Source: Proteromonas lacertae (lineage: Eukaryota). Taken from it: a stretch of DNA of 64,000 bases. Positions 12,223 through 25,785 of the stretch are shown piece after piece. Position 1 is the stretch's first letter. Each line of letters opens with the position of its first letter. The stretch lies in the NCBI GenBank assembly GCA_002245135.1, contig NGBS01001164.1, forward strand, positions 62,001-126,000, read 5' to 3'. The notes under the pieces were generated by a model that worked only from the letters and a program-made list of their open reading frames with translations, was not told the DNA's origin and made no database searches. Both the position numbers and the translations under genes were made by a program.

Positions 12223-15200
12223 TTACTCATTCTTCAAAGTTTGTCTTGTAGCTAATTGATGGTATAAACCACCTTCCATCTTCATCAATTCATCATGTTT
12301 ACCAGCTTCCACTACTACACCATGATCTAACACAAAGATTTTATCAGCATTTTGAATTGTACTTAAACGATGAGCAACGATTATACTTGTTCGATCACTA
12401 CTTTCTAATAGTTTATCTATCGCTTCTTGAACTATCAACTCGCTTTCACTATCTAAAGCACTCGTTGCTTCATCTAATAATAGAATCTTTGGATTTCTTA
12501 AAATAGCTCTCGCTATAGCTATTCTTTGTTTTTGACCTCCACTTAAAGATCCACCTTTGTTTCCCACTTCGGTTTTATATCCATCAGGAAATTCCATTAT
12601 GAAATTATGAGCATTCGCTGCTTTTGCTGCTGCAACTACATCTTCATCACTTATTGATTCATTTCCATAATCTCCCATTCGAATATTTTCTTCGATTGTT
12701 CCACTGAATAAAACTGGTTCTTGACTTACTAAACCAAATTGTTTTCTCAAATGTCTTATATTCATCGATTTTATTTCATTTCCATCTAGTAAGATTTCAC
12801 CACTTTCAGTATTATAAAATCTTTCTAATAAACTAATTATCGTTGATTTACCACATCCACTTGAACCAACTAATGCTACTTTTTCTCCTTTTTCTATCTT
12901 CAAATTCAATTTTCTTAATACTGGAACATCTAATCTAGTAGGATATCGGAATTTCACATCTTTAAACTCAATTTCACCTGATATTTCAGGTGTATCACCA
13001 TCATTCTTAGTTACATCAATTGCAGGTTCTTTATCCAAAAGACTAAATACACTTTTACCTGCTTCTTCTAATTTCAAACTATCAGAACTTCTTCCTATTA
13101 TATTACCAATACTATCTCCTACTACTAGCATTGCCATTATTACTATCATTAAATTCTCAAAATCAAATTTACCATCTAAAGCCCACAAACCACCAACAGA
13201 CATACCTAAAGCTGATGTACCTTGAGAAACAAAATTATAAACAAACTGTAAAACACCACTACAATAAGCATCTTTTCTTCCTGCTTCAAATGGTTTAGCT
13301 AATTTCTCCTTAAATCTTTTCAACAAATGATTTTCTAAACCAAATGACTGGACTGTTTTAATGGAATTCACACATTCAGATGAAATTGATGTTGCATCCT
13401 GTAATTGTGTTTTTGTATCAACTAATAGCTTCTTCATTATAAATCCTTGTAATACTATTGAACCAACTAAAAATGGTATTGCAGCCATCATAACAAAACT
13501 CAATAACCAATATGATACAAATGCAATAATTAAACCAGACACACAAGTAAAAAATATTTGAAAATCTCCCCCTACTTTCTCTCCTAATCCAGCTTTTATG
13601 TATACAGAATCTGTAGATAATTTAGCTGTCATACTTCCTGTACTATTCTCTTCTTTATCATAAAAAGATGAATCTTGTTTCAACATAGCTCTAAAACACA
13701 TCTTCTTTATTCTTAATGTTAATTCTTCACCTATTGTTCCAAATAATACACTTTTTAACACATTAAATATAAATAATGCAACAGCATATATAACAAACAT
13801 CCATGCCCAAAAGCTTGCATTACTCTTCATTTCTTCCAAATCAGTATTGTAATAAATTTTGATTATTTCTCCATACAAAATACCAAATAAAGGCATTGCA
13901 GCACCTAATAATCCACTACTAATTATCCCAAATATAATTAAATATTTATCAGGATATGTCAATTTCCATAATCTCAATCTATTTGAAGAGGATGATGTAT
14001 TTGCTTTAATTTCACTCTTTTCTCTTTTCTCAATTTCAGAATCTTTTTTACTTACTCTTATTTCGTTTGTTGGAGATAGAACCACTTCTCTCTTTTCCTC
14101 TACTTGCTCTTTTTCTTCCTCTTCTTTCTTCTTATTCAACATTTGACGATTTCTTAATTCAGCATATATTCCATTCTTGGCTATTAATTCTGAATGAGTT
14201 CCATGCTCAGCTATCTTACCTTCATTAAACACGACAATTTCATCAGCTGATTCTATTGTGGATAATCTATGAGCAATTATTAAGGTTGTTCTAGCTCTTT
14301 GTTTTACTAATTCATCTAAAGCAGCTTGAACTATCTTTTCACTTTCACTATCTAAAGCACTTGTTGCTTCATCTAATAATAAGATTCCGGGATTTCTAAC
14401 TAAAGCTCTGGCTATAGCTATTCTTTGTTTTTGACCACCACTCAATGAATGACCACCTTCACCTACATAAGTATCATAACCTTTTGGAAATTCCATTATA
14501 AAATTATGAGCATTTGAATCTTTGGCTGCTTTTATTATATCTTCATCAGTGCAATCTAATCTTCCATTTCGAATATTGTCTTTTACAGTTCCATTAAATA
14601 AAACTGGTTCTTGACCTACAAAACCCATTTGATTTCTTAAACTAGCTAGATTCAAATCACGAATATTCATTCCATCAATCAATATTTCACCTTCTTCACT
14701 ATCATAAAATCTTTGTAATAACTGAATTGTTGTTGATTTACCACATCCACTAGCACCAACTAAACCAATTGTTTTACCAGCTTCTATTGCTAAATTCATT
14801 CCATTTAGAATCACTTGATCTGGTCTACTTGGATATCTGAATTTGATATTTTTAAATTCGATTTTACCTTCTAAATGTTCTATTTTCTTACCTTTATCAT
14901 TCATTCCATCAATTGGAGGAATTCTATCAATTATTTCAAATATCTTACATGCAGAACCACATGCTTGTTTCACAGCAACAAGAGATGGACCTAAGAGTGA
15001 CAAACACATTGTTCCAGTAAATACAGCCATGAATACTGTCAAAACATCTCCTCCAATTGTGCAAGTATTTCCATTGAAACAATCAGCACTTTTCATACAC
15101 TAATAAATATAGAATTATTAGATAAAAATACAACATCAACATCATTACATAATTCTTTACTCATATTTCTCACATTATTATTGCACACTGTTAATAAATT

Positions 15201-16343
15201 CATATAAGAATCATCAGCAGGCCAATTTGAACCACAAAGATCTTTTATACTATATATCAATATATCAATATATCAATATATATACTCTGCCATTACATCT
15301 CCTTGATCATCATATACTAGTTTTCCTCCATACCACATTCCTAAGGCATAAGTAAAATAAGTAACAGCGGACATTGTCCCACCAATTAAACCACTTATAC
15401 TTGATAATTTTATTCCAACTTTCTTGCTTTCATTTATTTTATTCTCAAATTTATTGATGAAATGATTTTCTATTCCAAATGATGAAACAGTTTTCACTGA
15501 ACTTATTGCTTCTTCTACAACACCACTCGATTCAGCTGATATTGTTTGAGACTATTATAACAATACATATAAAATGCAATATCATACTTGAACAATATAT
15601 TTTCCTATCAACATACCTACACTACTACCAAATAACATTAATGGAACTCCTAATGCCATTATAACTAAAGTTAATGACCAATCTTTTATCATTCCTACAA
15701 CAAAAGCAGCAATGAATTGAACTGTATTTAGAACTAACTTTCCTATATCCATCCCCATTCCATTTACCATTGAGGAAGTATCTTCAATTACTCTATTTGA
15801 TAATGCTTTTGGATCATTTTCATCATACCATGTTATATCTTGACGAATTATTCCTCGAAAATATAAATATCTAATTCTATTGATTTGTCTTTCAGCTGAT
15901 AATTTGAAACATAACACCCATATCAACCCTGTAATACCATTTATTACGGCTAAGCCAAAGAAGTACCAACTGTTTTTTCTCATTTCACTTTTTGCTTCTT
16001 CAACATTATCTGGATCAATTGCAGTTATCCCCATCGCATTCATCATATCACCAAATACTATAGTTAATAATGGATAAACCAACCCACATCCTGCTGCAAA
16101 TATCAATCCAATTATTTGTAATACTCTATCTTTACAATCAGAGTACTTATATAACTCTAACAAAGATACACTAGTTTTAGGATTATTTTTACCAGTTTTG
16201 GGTCTATTAACTGCATTTTTATCTGCTTCTTTAGGCTCATTTTTTGATTTCTTTTCTAAAACTGTCAGTTCAACATTTGACTGAGAAATACACTCGTTAT
16301 TTTTAGAGTTTTCAGTAGATGAATTATCTTTGTTTGAGCTCAT
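12223..16343 (-). CDS. Full-length ABCB/MDR transporter, copy B
   Basis: Same architecture as copy A; GASGCGKST and GSSGCGKST, LSGGQKQ twice. Confidence 0.93.
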
Positions 16344-16829
16344 TATTAAACTATCCTATTTCAGTCAATTAAAAACTTCTTAACAAAATTCATTTTACAA
16401 ATGCAATTAGCCGTTTCAAAATTGTTAAATGATTCTTTTTATCGATGGCCTATATAATTATAGTTGTAATAATAAAGATATTTAAAGATAAAGTACTATA
16501 CAATTCTGTATGATGAATTTAACCATCATTAGAGAATATTCATTAAAATGTGATACGGCGTGTAAATATTAATGTTAAAAAATTAAATATACAAGAAAAA
16601 ATGTTTAAATATTGAATACCACTCTTGTAACAGTGAATGACAAAAATGTTCCAATTATCAAATAATTCATTAGATAATACTATATTATTTAATATAATAA
16701 TAAAAATATTCTTTTATATTTTACATATCATAAGAAATGAATGAATTTTTATAAATTAAATATACCCGTTTCAATCATTCTGTACTTCGGTTTTCTGGTG
16801 ATCGTATTTTTTTTCTTTTTTTCTTGAAA

Positions 16830-18197
16830 ATGAAGTTCATTTTGATAAATTTATTGATAATTATTTCATCATTAGTCATAGCCGAAGAATATAATGAAGA
16901 TGCTGCATATGAAGTGGTTGTAGAACAAAAGGGACCGATGGGTTTTGAAATTGGAACAGGTATAGTAATGTTCATGATTAATTTGCATAGAAAATGGTTG
17001 GTTAGTTGTATCACATATAATTCCTGGCAGTTTTGCGGCTCAAACAGGAATGATTGAATTAAGAGATCGTTTAGTTGCAATAAATGATTATCCATTAGAA
17101 GAAGTTTCACTATCGTATTTTTGTTGTTAATAATAATATATTTATAGTGATTTTCAAACAATATTACAGAGAAGTTCTTTTCCTAGACGTTTATTATTTG
17201 TTCCACTAAACGATTGGGATAGAGATGATGAAGCATTACGACAAGCAATCATAGATAAAGATTCTAGTGTTGCTAAAATTACTAGTTTTGTATAATAATA
17301 ATATAAATATAATTATATTAATAGAAACCAACTCAAGTATATTTAAATCTAATAGAACCAGAAATAATGTCACAAACTTACAGTATGACATTAACTCCAA
17401 TTGGAGAAATCAAACTAAATACAGAATCCGAATATAATATCATCAGTTTTGACAATGATGGTTGTTTAGATTACCCTGAAAATATAACTAATAAAATCAT
17501 AGTTGTATGGAGAGGGACATGTTTATTGCCCGAGAAAGCAAGTAAAGCACAAGAAGCAGGTGCTGCTGCAATAATTGTTGTGAATAATGTACTTGGTGCT
17601 ATTCCTGATACTAGTAAAGTTGATACAGCAAAATTCAGTATCAAAATACCATTTTTATATATTGATTGGATTTATGGAAATAATTTAGTGAAAGTAGGAA
17701 TGAATATTAAAAATAATAAAGCTAAATTCGACAGTAAACCATTACCTATTGATAGTAATATACAATTAATACCAGTAAGTAATATAAAACACAATAATAA
17801 TGATTTTTTCAAACAAGGAGCAATTAATGTTACATTTTTCAATGAAGAATTTAATTACAAAGTTGAAGGGAAGATTGCTATGTATGGCCCACCACCACTT
17901 AGACAAGTATTTCAAATGAATTATGTTGGAACTGGTTGTAGTGGATTTAATAGTGAGAGTCGAGGTTCTGTTATTATGTTTGATAGAGGAGATTGTGCAT
18001 TTGAAGATAAAACAAGATTGTGTGAGAAAATTAAAGGAGTTGCTGCAATTTTTGTGAATGATAAAGATAAGATTAATCAAGCTCCAGCTACTAATTATGA
18101 AGGTATTACTATTGGATCTGTGATGATTGGAAAGTCTGCTGGTGATGTGGTGAAAGCTGAAATTAAAAAGAGGGTTGTTTTTGTTAAATTTTACTAA
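16830..18197 (+). CDS. Secreted PDZ-like + two PA (protease-associated) domain protein
   Basis: Signal peptide MKFILINLLIIISSLVIA. Spliced PDZ-like segment KGPMGFEIG..LVVSHIIPGSFAAQTGMIELRDRLVAIND. PA motifs IIVVWRGTCLLPEKASKAQEAGAAAIIVVN and VIMFDRGDCAFEDK. Confidence 0.75.
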
Positions 18198-18390
18198 TTT
18201 ATTTTTTCTACTTGTTTTATAGTGCATTTTTCATGGGTTAATCAATTCATAATAGAAAATGACAAATATCTTACTAAAATAGCGATATGTTGTGTATATG
18301 GCGAAATATTTGAAAGAAAAGAACAGGGCAAGAATCAAATTTGAGCGATGTGATTGGCTGAAATAGAAATTAAAGTGGTTTAGAAGTGGC

Positions 18391-19399
18391 ATGGACTCAG
18401 ATAAGCAGAATAATCTGGATGTATGGACAGATGATGAAGATGAAATTTTAGTCACTAAACTACTAGAAATCAAGACAAGTCTTGCTTCTGGTGATTCATT
18501 CTCACCTTCTACTTCTGTAAGCCAAGAATCTTGGCGTGATATTGCTAATGAGATAAACAAGATATGCCCAAATTCTAGAGCAGTGGAAGAAGTGAGAAAT
18601 AGATTCTCTTATTTACACTCGAGATTCAATGTATTTATTGATATTTAAATCATTATAGGAACTACAAGGACCTTCTAATTCTGATGACCGAATGATGTGG
18701 GGATTATTTGAAAAAATGAGATCATTATTAGGTGTACCGATAATGGCTCCACCTGTTCCTTCATTAGATCAATCAGAGATAAGTTTGGAAAGAAAGGCAA
18801 GCCGACATTGGACTTATGATGAAGAAAAAGCTTTAATCGAAAATATTTTATCAAAGAAAAGAGAATTAGGTAGTATAAGTGCAAAATTGACATTATCAGC
18901 ATGGTCTCAAGTAACAGATGATCTTAACAAATCATACTCTTGTTCAAGATCAGTAGAAGGAATTAAGAAGCATTATAGGAAATTAAGAACCAAATATTTA
19001 ACAGAGAAATCCTTAGGTGGTGTTAATGGTTGGGCACACTATCAAAAAATGGCAGATATAGTGGAAAATGAAACAGATAATAAAACAAGTTTATCTTCAA
19101 TACCTACACCAAATACACCTTGTTCATCATCTTCTAGATTAAGTAATATGAATAATAGTCCATCTCTAGCACCAATTACATCAATATATGATTCTAACCA
19201 AAATAATAGAATGTTACAAACACAAGTGTTGGGAAATAGTGATAATTTAATTCAGCAAATTACTCAATGTCAAGAAAAACAGAAAAGAACTTATGATCAG
19301 ACAGTGCAGTTGGTAGATATCATTGCCAAGCGAATAAAATATGATATAGAACTTGAGAATGAGTTTTTGGAAGTGTTGAAAAAGATGATTTCAAATTAG
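18391..19399 (+). CDS. Two-repeat Myb/SANT-like (trihelix/MADF-type) transcription factor
   Basis: WTDDEDEIL..WRDIANEIN..R..EEVRNRF and WTYDEEKAL..WSQVTDDLN..RSVEGIKKHY; intron 18631-18658; C-terminal coiled coil. Confidence 0.75.
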
Positions 19400-19493
19400 T
19401 TTATTAATAATAAGAATTAATTATTTATTGTTTTGTTAATATTAATATCATTGGTTATTTGGATAATAAAAATATATATACACAATAAAATAT

Positions 19494-20646
19494 CTACTTT
19501 TTAGTTTTTTCTATTAATTGAGGTAATACTTCAAATAAATCTTTATTCACCACGTAATCAGATAATTCACATATTGGCGCCTTCTTATCATCATTAATAG
19601 ATATTATAGTCTTACTCTCTCTCATTCCAGCAACATGTTGAGCAGCTCCACTAACACCAACAGCTATATATAATTGAGGTGATACTGTTTTACCAGTTTG
19701 ACCGATTTGATATTCATATTCAATTATTCCATTATCTACTACTTTTCTTGTTGCACCTACAGCTGCATTGTCTAGATTATTAACTAAATCTTCAATTAAA
19801 TGCCAATTCTTTTTATCTTTTATACCCATTCCTCCTGTTACAATGATTGAAGCTTTTTCTAAGGCAGGACGATTTAATTTAGAATAATCTTTTGAATATT
19901 CTGATGATTTTTGTAGATTAGTATTCTGTAATTTCGATATTGATTGAATTGGTTCTATTTCTTCTAGAATACATTTATTTTTGCTATTTATTTCAACTGT
20001 ATTAAATGATGATGATGAAATTGTTAAAAATGTTGGTGTTGTGGTTGATTCTACTTCTTCATATACTCTACCTGCATATATATATCTAATATATTTGTTA
20101 GAATCACATATTTTAGTTACATTTGGTATTATACATGATTTTAGTTTAGTTGAGATAAATGGAAGAATTAATAATCCATTTGGTGTATTTGGAGCTGAAA
20201 TGTGTGTGTATTCTATTGAAATAAATGTATAAAATAGCTAATACTATTCTTAAGATAGATATGATTAACCAAAGAATAGTATGGATGTGGAAAAATATGT
20301 GTGAAATCCTATAAAATACAATCACTATTATACTTTTTGATTAGAATACAGAATTTTGTTTATTTCGTCGATATTTTGATATGATTCCGCAATTTGTTTT
20401 GTATTTGTTCCACCAGCAAGTAATAAATCAGTTTTATGTTTTGGATCAATAGAGTTAAGACTAGACATTGCTTTAATGCATCTCAATGTAGGTTCGGTTA
20501 GTTTTTCATTGTGTATTTCCCCGATTACCTAAAACCAAAATGAAATGAGTGTAATACGAGTGAATGAAGTAATCTATTCATATAATTACATTTATTCTAT
20601 AAATGTTAAACAATATATTACATACGAATTGCTTAATTGATAGCAT
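19494..20646 (-). CDS. ETFA: Electron transfer flavoprotein alpha subunit with N-terminal presequence
   Basis: AAVGATRKVVD..QIGQTGKTVSPQLYIAVGVSGAAQHVAGM; spliced N-terminus MLSIKQFNKCNYMNRLLHSLVIGE. Confidence 0.9.
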
Positions 20647-20902
20647 ATCAATAGAAAACAAGCAAATTAAAAAATTCTTGAATGAAACGAATAGAATTTT
20701 AAAAATCAATCAAAAGAAATTTATGGAATTATTTTGATTTATTTATTCCATAAAATGAATCACAGATAGATATAAATATCCATTAAACACTTAACAATCA
20801 TTCATTACAATCTCATTCAATTTGTCAGTTTTAAAGAAAGCTTGAGAATAAAACTTGATATTTGAGAATTTTTAAGAATTTTTTATTATCAAGAATTTCT
20901 TT

Positions 20903-22006
20903 ATGTTTAAGACATCAATCAAACTTTATTCTTCATTCAGGTATATACTGTTATTTATATTTTATTTTTGTCATTAGATCTGCTGCTTTAGCAAACAATT
21001 TCAGAAGATCTTTTGCTAAAACTATTACTGTATAGTTAATTGATAATATATTCACGTATAGTATGCACATCCTCTTGCAAAAATCCAACAACCAGCACCT
21101 GCTTTCAAATTACCAGCTGTAGTAAACAATGAGATATCAGAAGTAAAGCTTTCTGATTACAAAGGCAAATACGTTGTTTTCTTCTTTTATCCAAAGGATT
21201 TCACCTTTGTTTGTCCAACAGAAATCATTGCTTTTAGTGATAGACATAAAGAATTCGAAGCTCTTAATACCCAAGTGATTGCATGTTCATGCGATAGTGT
21301 AGAAAGTCATCTTGCATGGATTAACAAGAGTAGAAAGAGTGGAGGTTTAGGTGAAATGCATATTCCAGTTGCATCTGATATAACTAAAGAAATAGCTAAC
21401 CAGTATGGTGTATTATTAGAGAATGATGGAGTTGCCTTAAGAGGATTATTCATCATCAATCCAAAGGGAGTTTTAGAACAAATCACAATTAACAACTTAC
21501 CTGTAGGTAGAAGTGTAGATGAAACATTGAGATTGATTCAAGCCTTCCAGTTCGTTGATAAATACGGTGAAGTATGTCCAGCTAACTGGAAACCAGGCGA
21601 AGCAACAATTGATGTTCAACATTCCAATAAATACTTTGGTGCAGGTCATACAGAGTCAGAAGCTGAAAAGAAAATACAAAGATCCAGTAAAAAAGTATTA
21701 TTAATTGATTCAGCTGATGAATTTAAAAATTTGTTAGAAGCATCAGAAAAATTAGTTGTAGACTTCTGGAAGGAAGGATGTCAAAAATGTGCAATGATGA
21801 GCCCATATTTTGAGGAATTGAGTGAAAAATATCCAAATGTTACTTTTGCCTCTATTGAAAACCATATACAAGGTATAATGCAATTATTAGAAAAGCCAGT
21901 AGAAGCTTTACCACAATTTAGATTCTTTGTGAAAGGAAAAGAAGTAAAAGAACCAATTACAGGTTTTAAAAAGAGACCATTAAAAGAAACATTGGATAAG
22001 TTTTAA
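20903..22006 (+). CDS. Typical 2-Cys peroxiredoxin (AhpC/Prx1) fused to a C-terminal thioredoxin domain, with presequence
   Basis: [24 protein letters not shown] and KYF; then [21 protein letters not shown]. Two short 5' introns. Confidence 0.9.
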
Positions 22007-22215
22007 GAAAGATATATGATATATATACTAATTATTCTTTTCTTAAAACCTATTTTTAATATATATAGTGTGTATTGTATATTTATAAACCACAAATAAA
22101 AAAACATCTATTAAAATGTATTTGAATATCCTATTTTTAATATTAAATATTTATTAAATTATACTAAACGAATGTTATTTATTATTATTTTTTATATTTT
22201 TTATTAATAAATATA

Positions 22216-22901
22216 TTAATATCCACCTCTGCCTCTATAATAACCTCCCCTCCCTCTGTATCCTCCCCTTCCTCTGTAACCACCTCTGAATCCTCCTCTA
22301 TAGCCTCCTCTTTGAAAATGAGGAACATTTACTCTTTTCATTCTTACTTTCAGAGACCTTCCTTTAAATTCTGTATTGCTTAATGTCAACGCTTTTTTTG
22401 CACCTTCCACATCTTCAAATTCTATATATGCAAATCTAGAAATAAATCGATTTTTAATGTTATATACCCTTTTGGTCTTCCTCCACGATTTGTCATTATT
22501 GTTGCTCGTTTAATTTCTCCACATTGTTTGAAATATTCTTTCAGTTCTTCATTTGTTGCACTATAATCCACATCCCCAACATAAACAGACTTTTCGTCCA
22601 TATTACCTGAAACACCTGGAGTTGAACTCACTAACCCTTCAAATTCTTCAGCTTTCTATAGAAATTATGAATATTTCAATACGCTATTGAATTCTTCAGA
22701 GAAATTTTCTATATCATTTTGATTTGAATTTAACAAATCAAGTAATGATGTTGTAGTTGAAGCAGTGTTTGGAACATCATTTGTTGAAGATGCTTGTTCT
22801 TCTGTAACTTCTTCCTCATTGTCATCAAGATAGTCAATTGCTGCACTTTCATCAGTATTGTCCTTGTTAATCACTTCTTTCTGTTCATTTGATTCTGACA
22901 T
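22216..22901 (-). CDS. PABPN1: Nuclear poly(A)-binding protein (acidic N-terminus, single RRM, RGG tail)
   Basis: SVYVGDVDYSATNEEL..CGEIKRATI..PKG|FAYIEF..FKGRSLKV..KRVNVP, then RGGY repeats. Confidence 0.8.
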
Positions 22902-22982
22902 GTTTTTTTAAGAATGTGACAGAGGTAATGTAAATATCAAACATTTGTCAAACCTACTTTTTTTCAGTTACGCTTTATCACA

Positions 22983-24711
22983 ATGCACAAGCGAGCAGTT
23001 CAGTGTTCGATGTGCGGACAGATGTTCTTTCCCAAATCTTTACCTTTTCATCAGAAAACTTGCGCCAAAAAACATAACATGATCCAATATCCGTGTCCTT
23101 ATTGTGATGCTCCTTTTTTGTATAATATTTAAGTTTAATAGAGTTTTAGAAAAACGGAATTAGATAAGCATATGGCTAAATGCCCTAGTAGACCACCAGG
23201 AGCACCTAAATCCCATGGAGGTGGTGGAGGCGGAGGTGGAGGAGATGCTCCTATAGGTTCATCATCATTTCAACCGTATTATTATTAACATTTATGATAA
23301 ATTCTAATTAAGCATAGACCTTCTGAATTTGCTGATGGAGGAGATTATTCGAGTAATCTAGTACCATGCGCTATATGTGGACGTAAATTTGCTCCAGACC
23401 GTATAGCAAAGCATCAAGGAATCTGTAGAAAGATTAAAAGTCATGAGAAAAAGCATGTAATAAGAAAAGTCGACAAACCAGTCTATGATCCGAAAGAGTC
23501 AATTGCAAGAGAAAGTATTGTTAATAGCAATAACATATATTTAAATAGAAATGGAAAAAAGTCGAGGAGGTGGTGGTTATTCAAAATGGAAACAAGAGAG
23601 TGAAGAATTCAGAGCAGCCATGAGAGCAGCACGTCAGGGAAACAGAGGAGGAGGTGGTGGTGGTGGTATGAGTAGTTATACACCATCTAAACCCGATCCA
23701 AGTTTAATTCCATGTCCTTATTGTGGTAGAAGATTTAATCAAATTGCTGCTGATAGACATATACCAATTTGTAAGAATACTATTAATAGACCTAAGCCTC
23801 CACCAAGTTTAGCTGGTGGTAGATTAAGCAGAGGTGGAGGTGGTGGTGGTGGAGGAGGAGGAGGAGGAGGATTGTCTTCATCATTACCAAAACTAACAAA
23901 TTCTAATAAAAGAGCTGCTTCACAACGTATATATATTATTATTATTATTATCATTATTATTGTCTAGCAAGAAGAACTTCCAATACACCTGCTAGTAGAG
24001 GTTATAGTAGTGGAGGTGGTGGAGGTGGATTCAGTGGAAGTAGACCAGCTAGATCCAAACCAAAGAAACAAGATTTATATTGTTCAGATAGATTTGCATA
24101 TCAAAATGATCCAAATTATGCTAAAATGAGTGGTGGTGGTGTAGCTAATACAAACGCTACTTCTGCTGGTAATCCATTAGCTACTAGTTATTATGAGATT
24201 GCTGATCACGGTGATACTGGTAACAGAGGAAGAGGTGGAAGAGGAGGTGGTGGAGGAGCTGGAGGTTATGGTGCTAATGTTTATTCTGGTCCTCCAGCTG
24301 GTGGTGGTTATGGAGGAGGTTATGGTGGTGGTGGATATGGAGCATCAGCTCCAGTTAGAGGAGGAGGAGGAGGAGGTGCTTATGGTGGTTATTCTGCTCC
24401 ACATGTTGGCGCAACTACCAGTTCAGCTTATGGTGCTCATTATGGTCCAGAAGGTGGAAAGGGGAGGTGGTTATGGAGGAGGAGGTGGTGGTGGTTATCC
24501 TCCAATAGGTGGAGGTGGTGGTTATGGAGGTGCTCCACCAGGAGGTGGGTATGGAGGAGGATATGGTGGTGCACCAGGAGGAGGAGGGTATGGAGGTGGA
24601 TATGGAGGTGCTCCAGTAGGTGGAGGGTATGGAGGTGGTTTTGGAGGAGGAGGTGGTGGTAGAGGAGGATATGAATATGCTGGTGCTAGAGACTCAGGTC
24701 CATTATGGTAA
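22983..24711 (+). CDS. ZC2HC1/FAM164-like C2HC zinc-finger protein with Gly/Tyr-rich tail; one frameshift at about 24458-24467
   Basis: CSMCGQMF..HQKTC, LVPCAICGRKFAPDRIAKHQGIC, KWKQESEEFRAAMRAAR, LIPCPYCGRRFNQIAADRHIPIC. The GGY repeats continue only in the +1 frame. Confidence 0.75.
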
Positions 24712-24854
24712 AATTAAAGTTAAAAAATGTTGTATATTGGATAATTATATTTTTTTTTTAATTTTCATTATTTTTTGAATTTTGTTTTTTACTATGGAAG
24801 GATACAAATATGTCTCAAAATATTTATCCGTTTCATGTTATTCATTTTTAAAAA

Positions 24855-25640
24855 ATGAAAATTACTCTTCAAATATTGATCAATACACTATGTATCTATT
24901 TTTTATAATAAATATTAGTATTTGCAAGCGTATGCATTGCAGATACACAAATATGCAAAGCAATTGACAATTATCCGTCAATATTAGTAGGTCAATATGT
25001 CGATTTACCATGTGGCTCAAATATAATTGGAAAGATTACTCGTTCTTGTTTAGAAAATGGTATATGGTCAGAAGTGACAAATAATTGTGGTATACACTTA
25101 ATAATTGTTATATAAATAGAAATTGGTTGTAATTCTAATTCAGGATTTCCAGAAACTTTACCTAGTCATGTCTCTATGAAGTTGTGTGAAGATAAAACTC
25201 ATTATCAATCAAGATTATGTTTAAAAGATGGATCATGGGGTAATATAGATAAATCTAACTGTATAAAAGTTTCTCTTGGTATTAGACCAAAGAAATTGCC
25301 AGAAGAAGCAAGAATACCAATGCTAATTTTAGTTTTAATAATAGGTATTGTTCTGGCTGTATATAACAGTTATGATCATACAAAACCAAAGGTAGTTGAA
25401 TCACCAAAACATTCAAAAATTGTTCATTGTCCAGTTAGAGACAATAATGAGAATAAAGAAGGTGATATTGTTATAGACCCAACAGTAGTAGAGTTAGAAA
25501 TAAGAAGATCACGAATTGAATCAAAAGAAGGAGCTTTACCTTTAATTGACACTGAAATTGCTGGTAATGAGCCAACTATTCCAGAATCCTCATCAGAAAT
25601 GAATACTTCAACTGTAGATGCAGATAAGAATAATAATTAA
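24855..25640 (+). CDS. Type I membrane protein with two HRM (hormone-receptor-like) Cys repeats
   Basis: Spliced: signal peptide, C..YPSILVGQYVDLPC..GKITRSCLENGIW..NC and C..FPETLP..KLC..RLCLKDGSWG..NC, then TM MLILVLIIGIVLAVY. Confidence 0.7.
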
Positions 25641-25785
25641 GGTTTGTTGCATGTATTAAATGATATATGTGAGAGAATTGTTGTTTTGCTATTATAATAT
25701 TACATAAAAATATAATGAAAATATAACATCAATTAACACTTAATATTATTTATTTAAAAAAATGAAATTTACACAAAAATCTAAA

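Noticed and set aside
24193..24662. Overlapping Val/Glu-rich and Trp/Arg-rich ORFs as real dual coding
   Set aside because: They are alternate-frame shadows of GGN glycine codon repeats around a single frame break.
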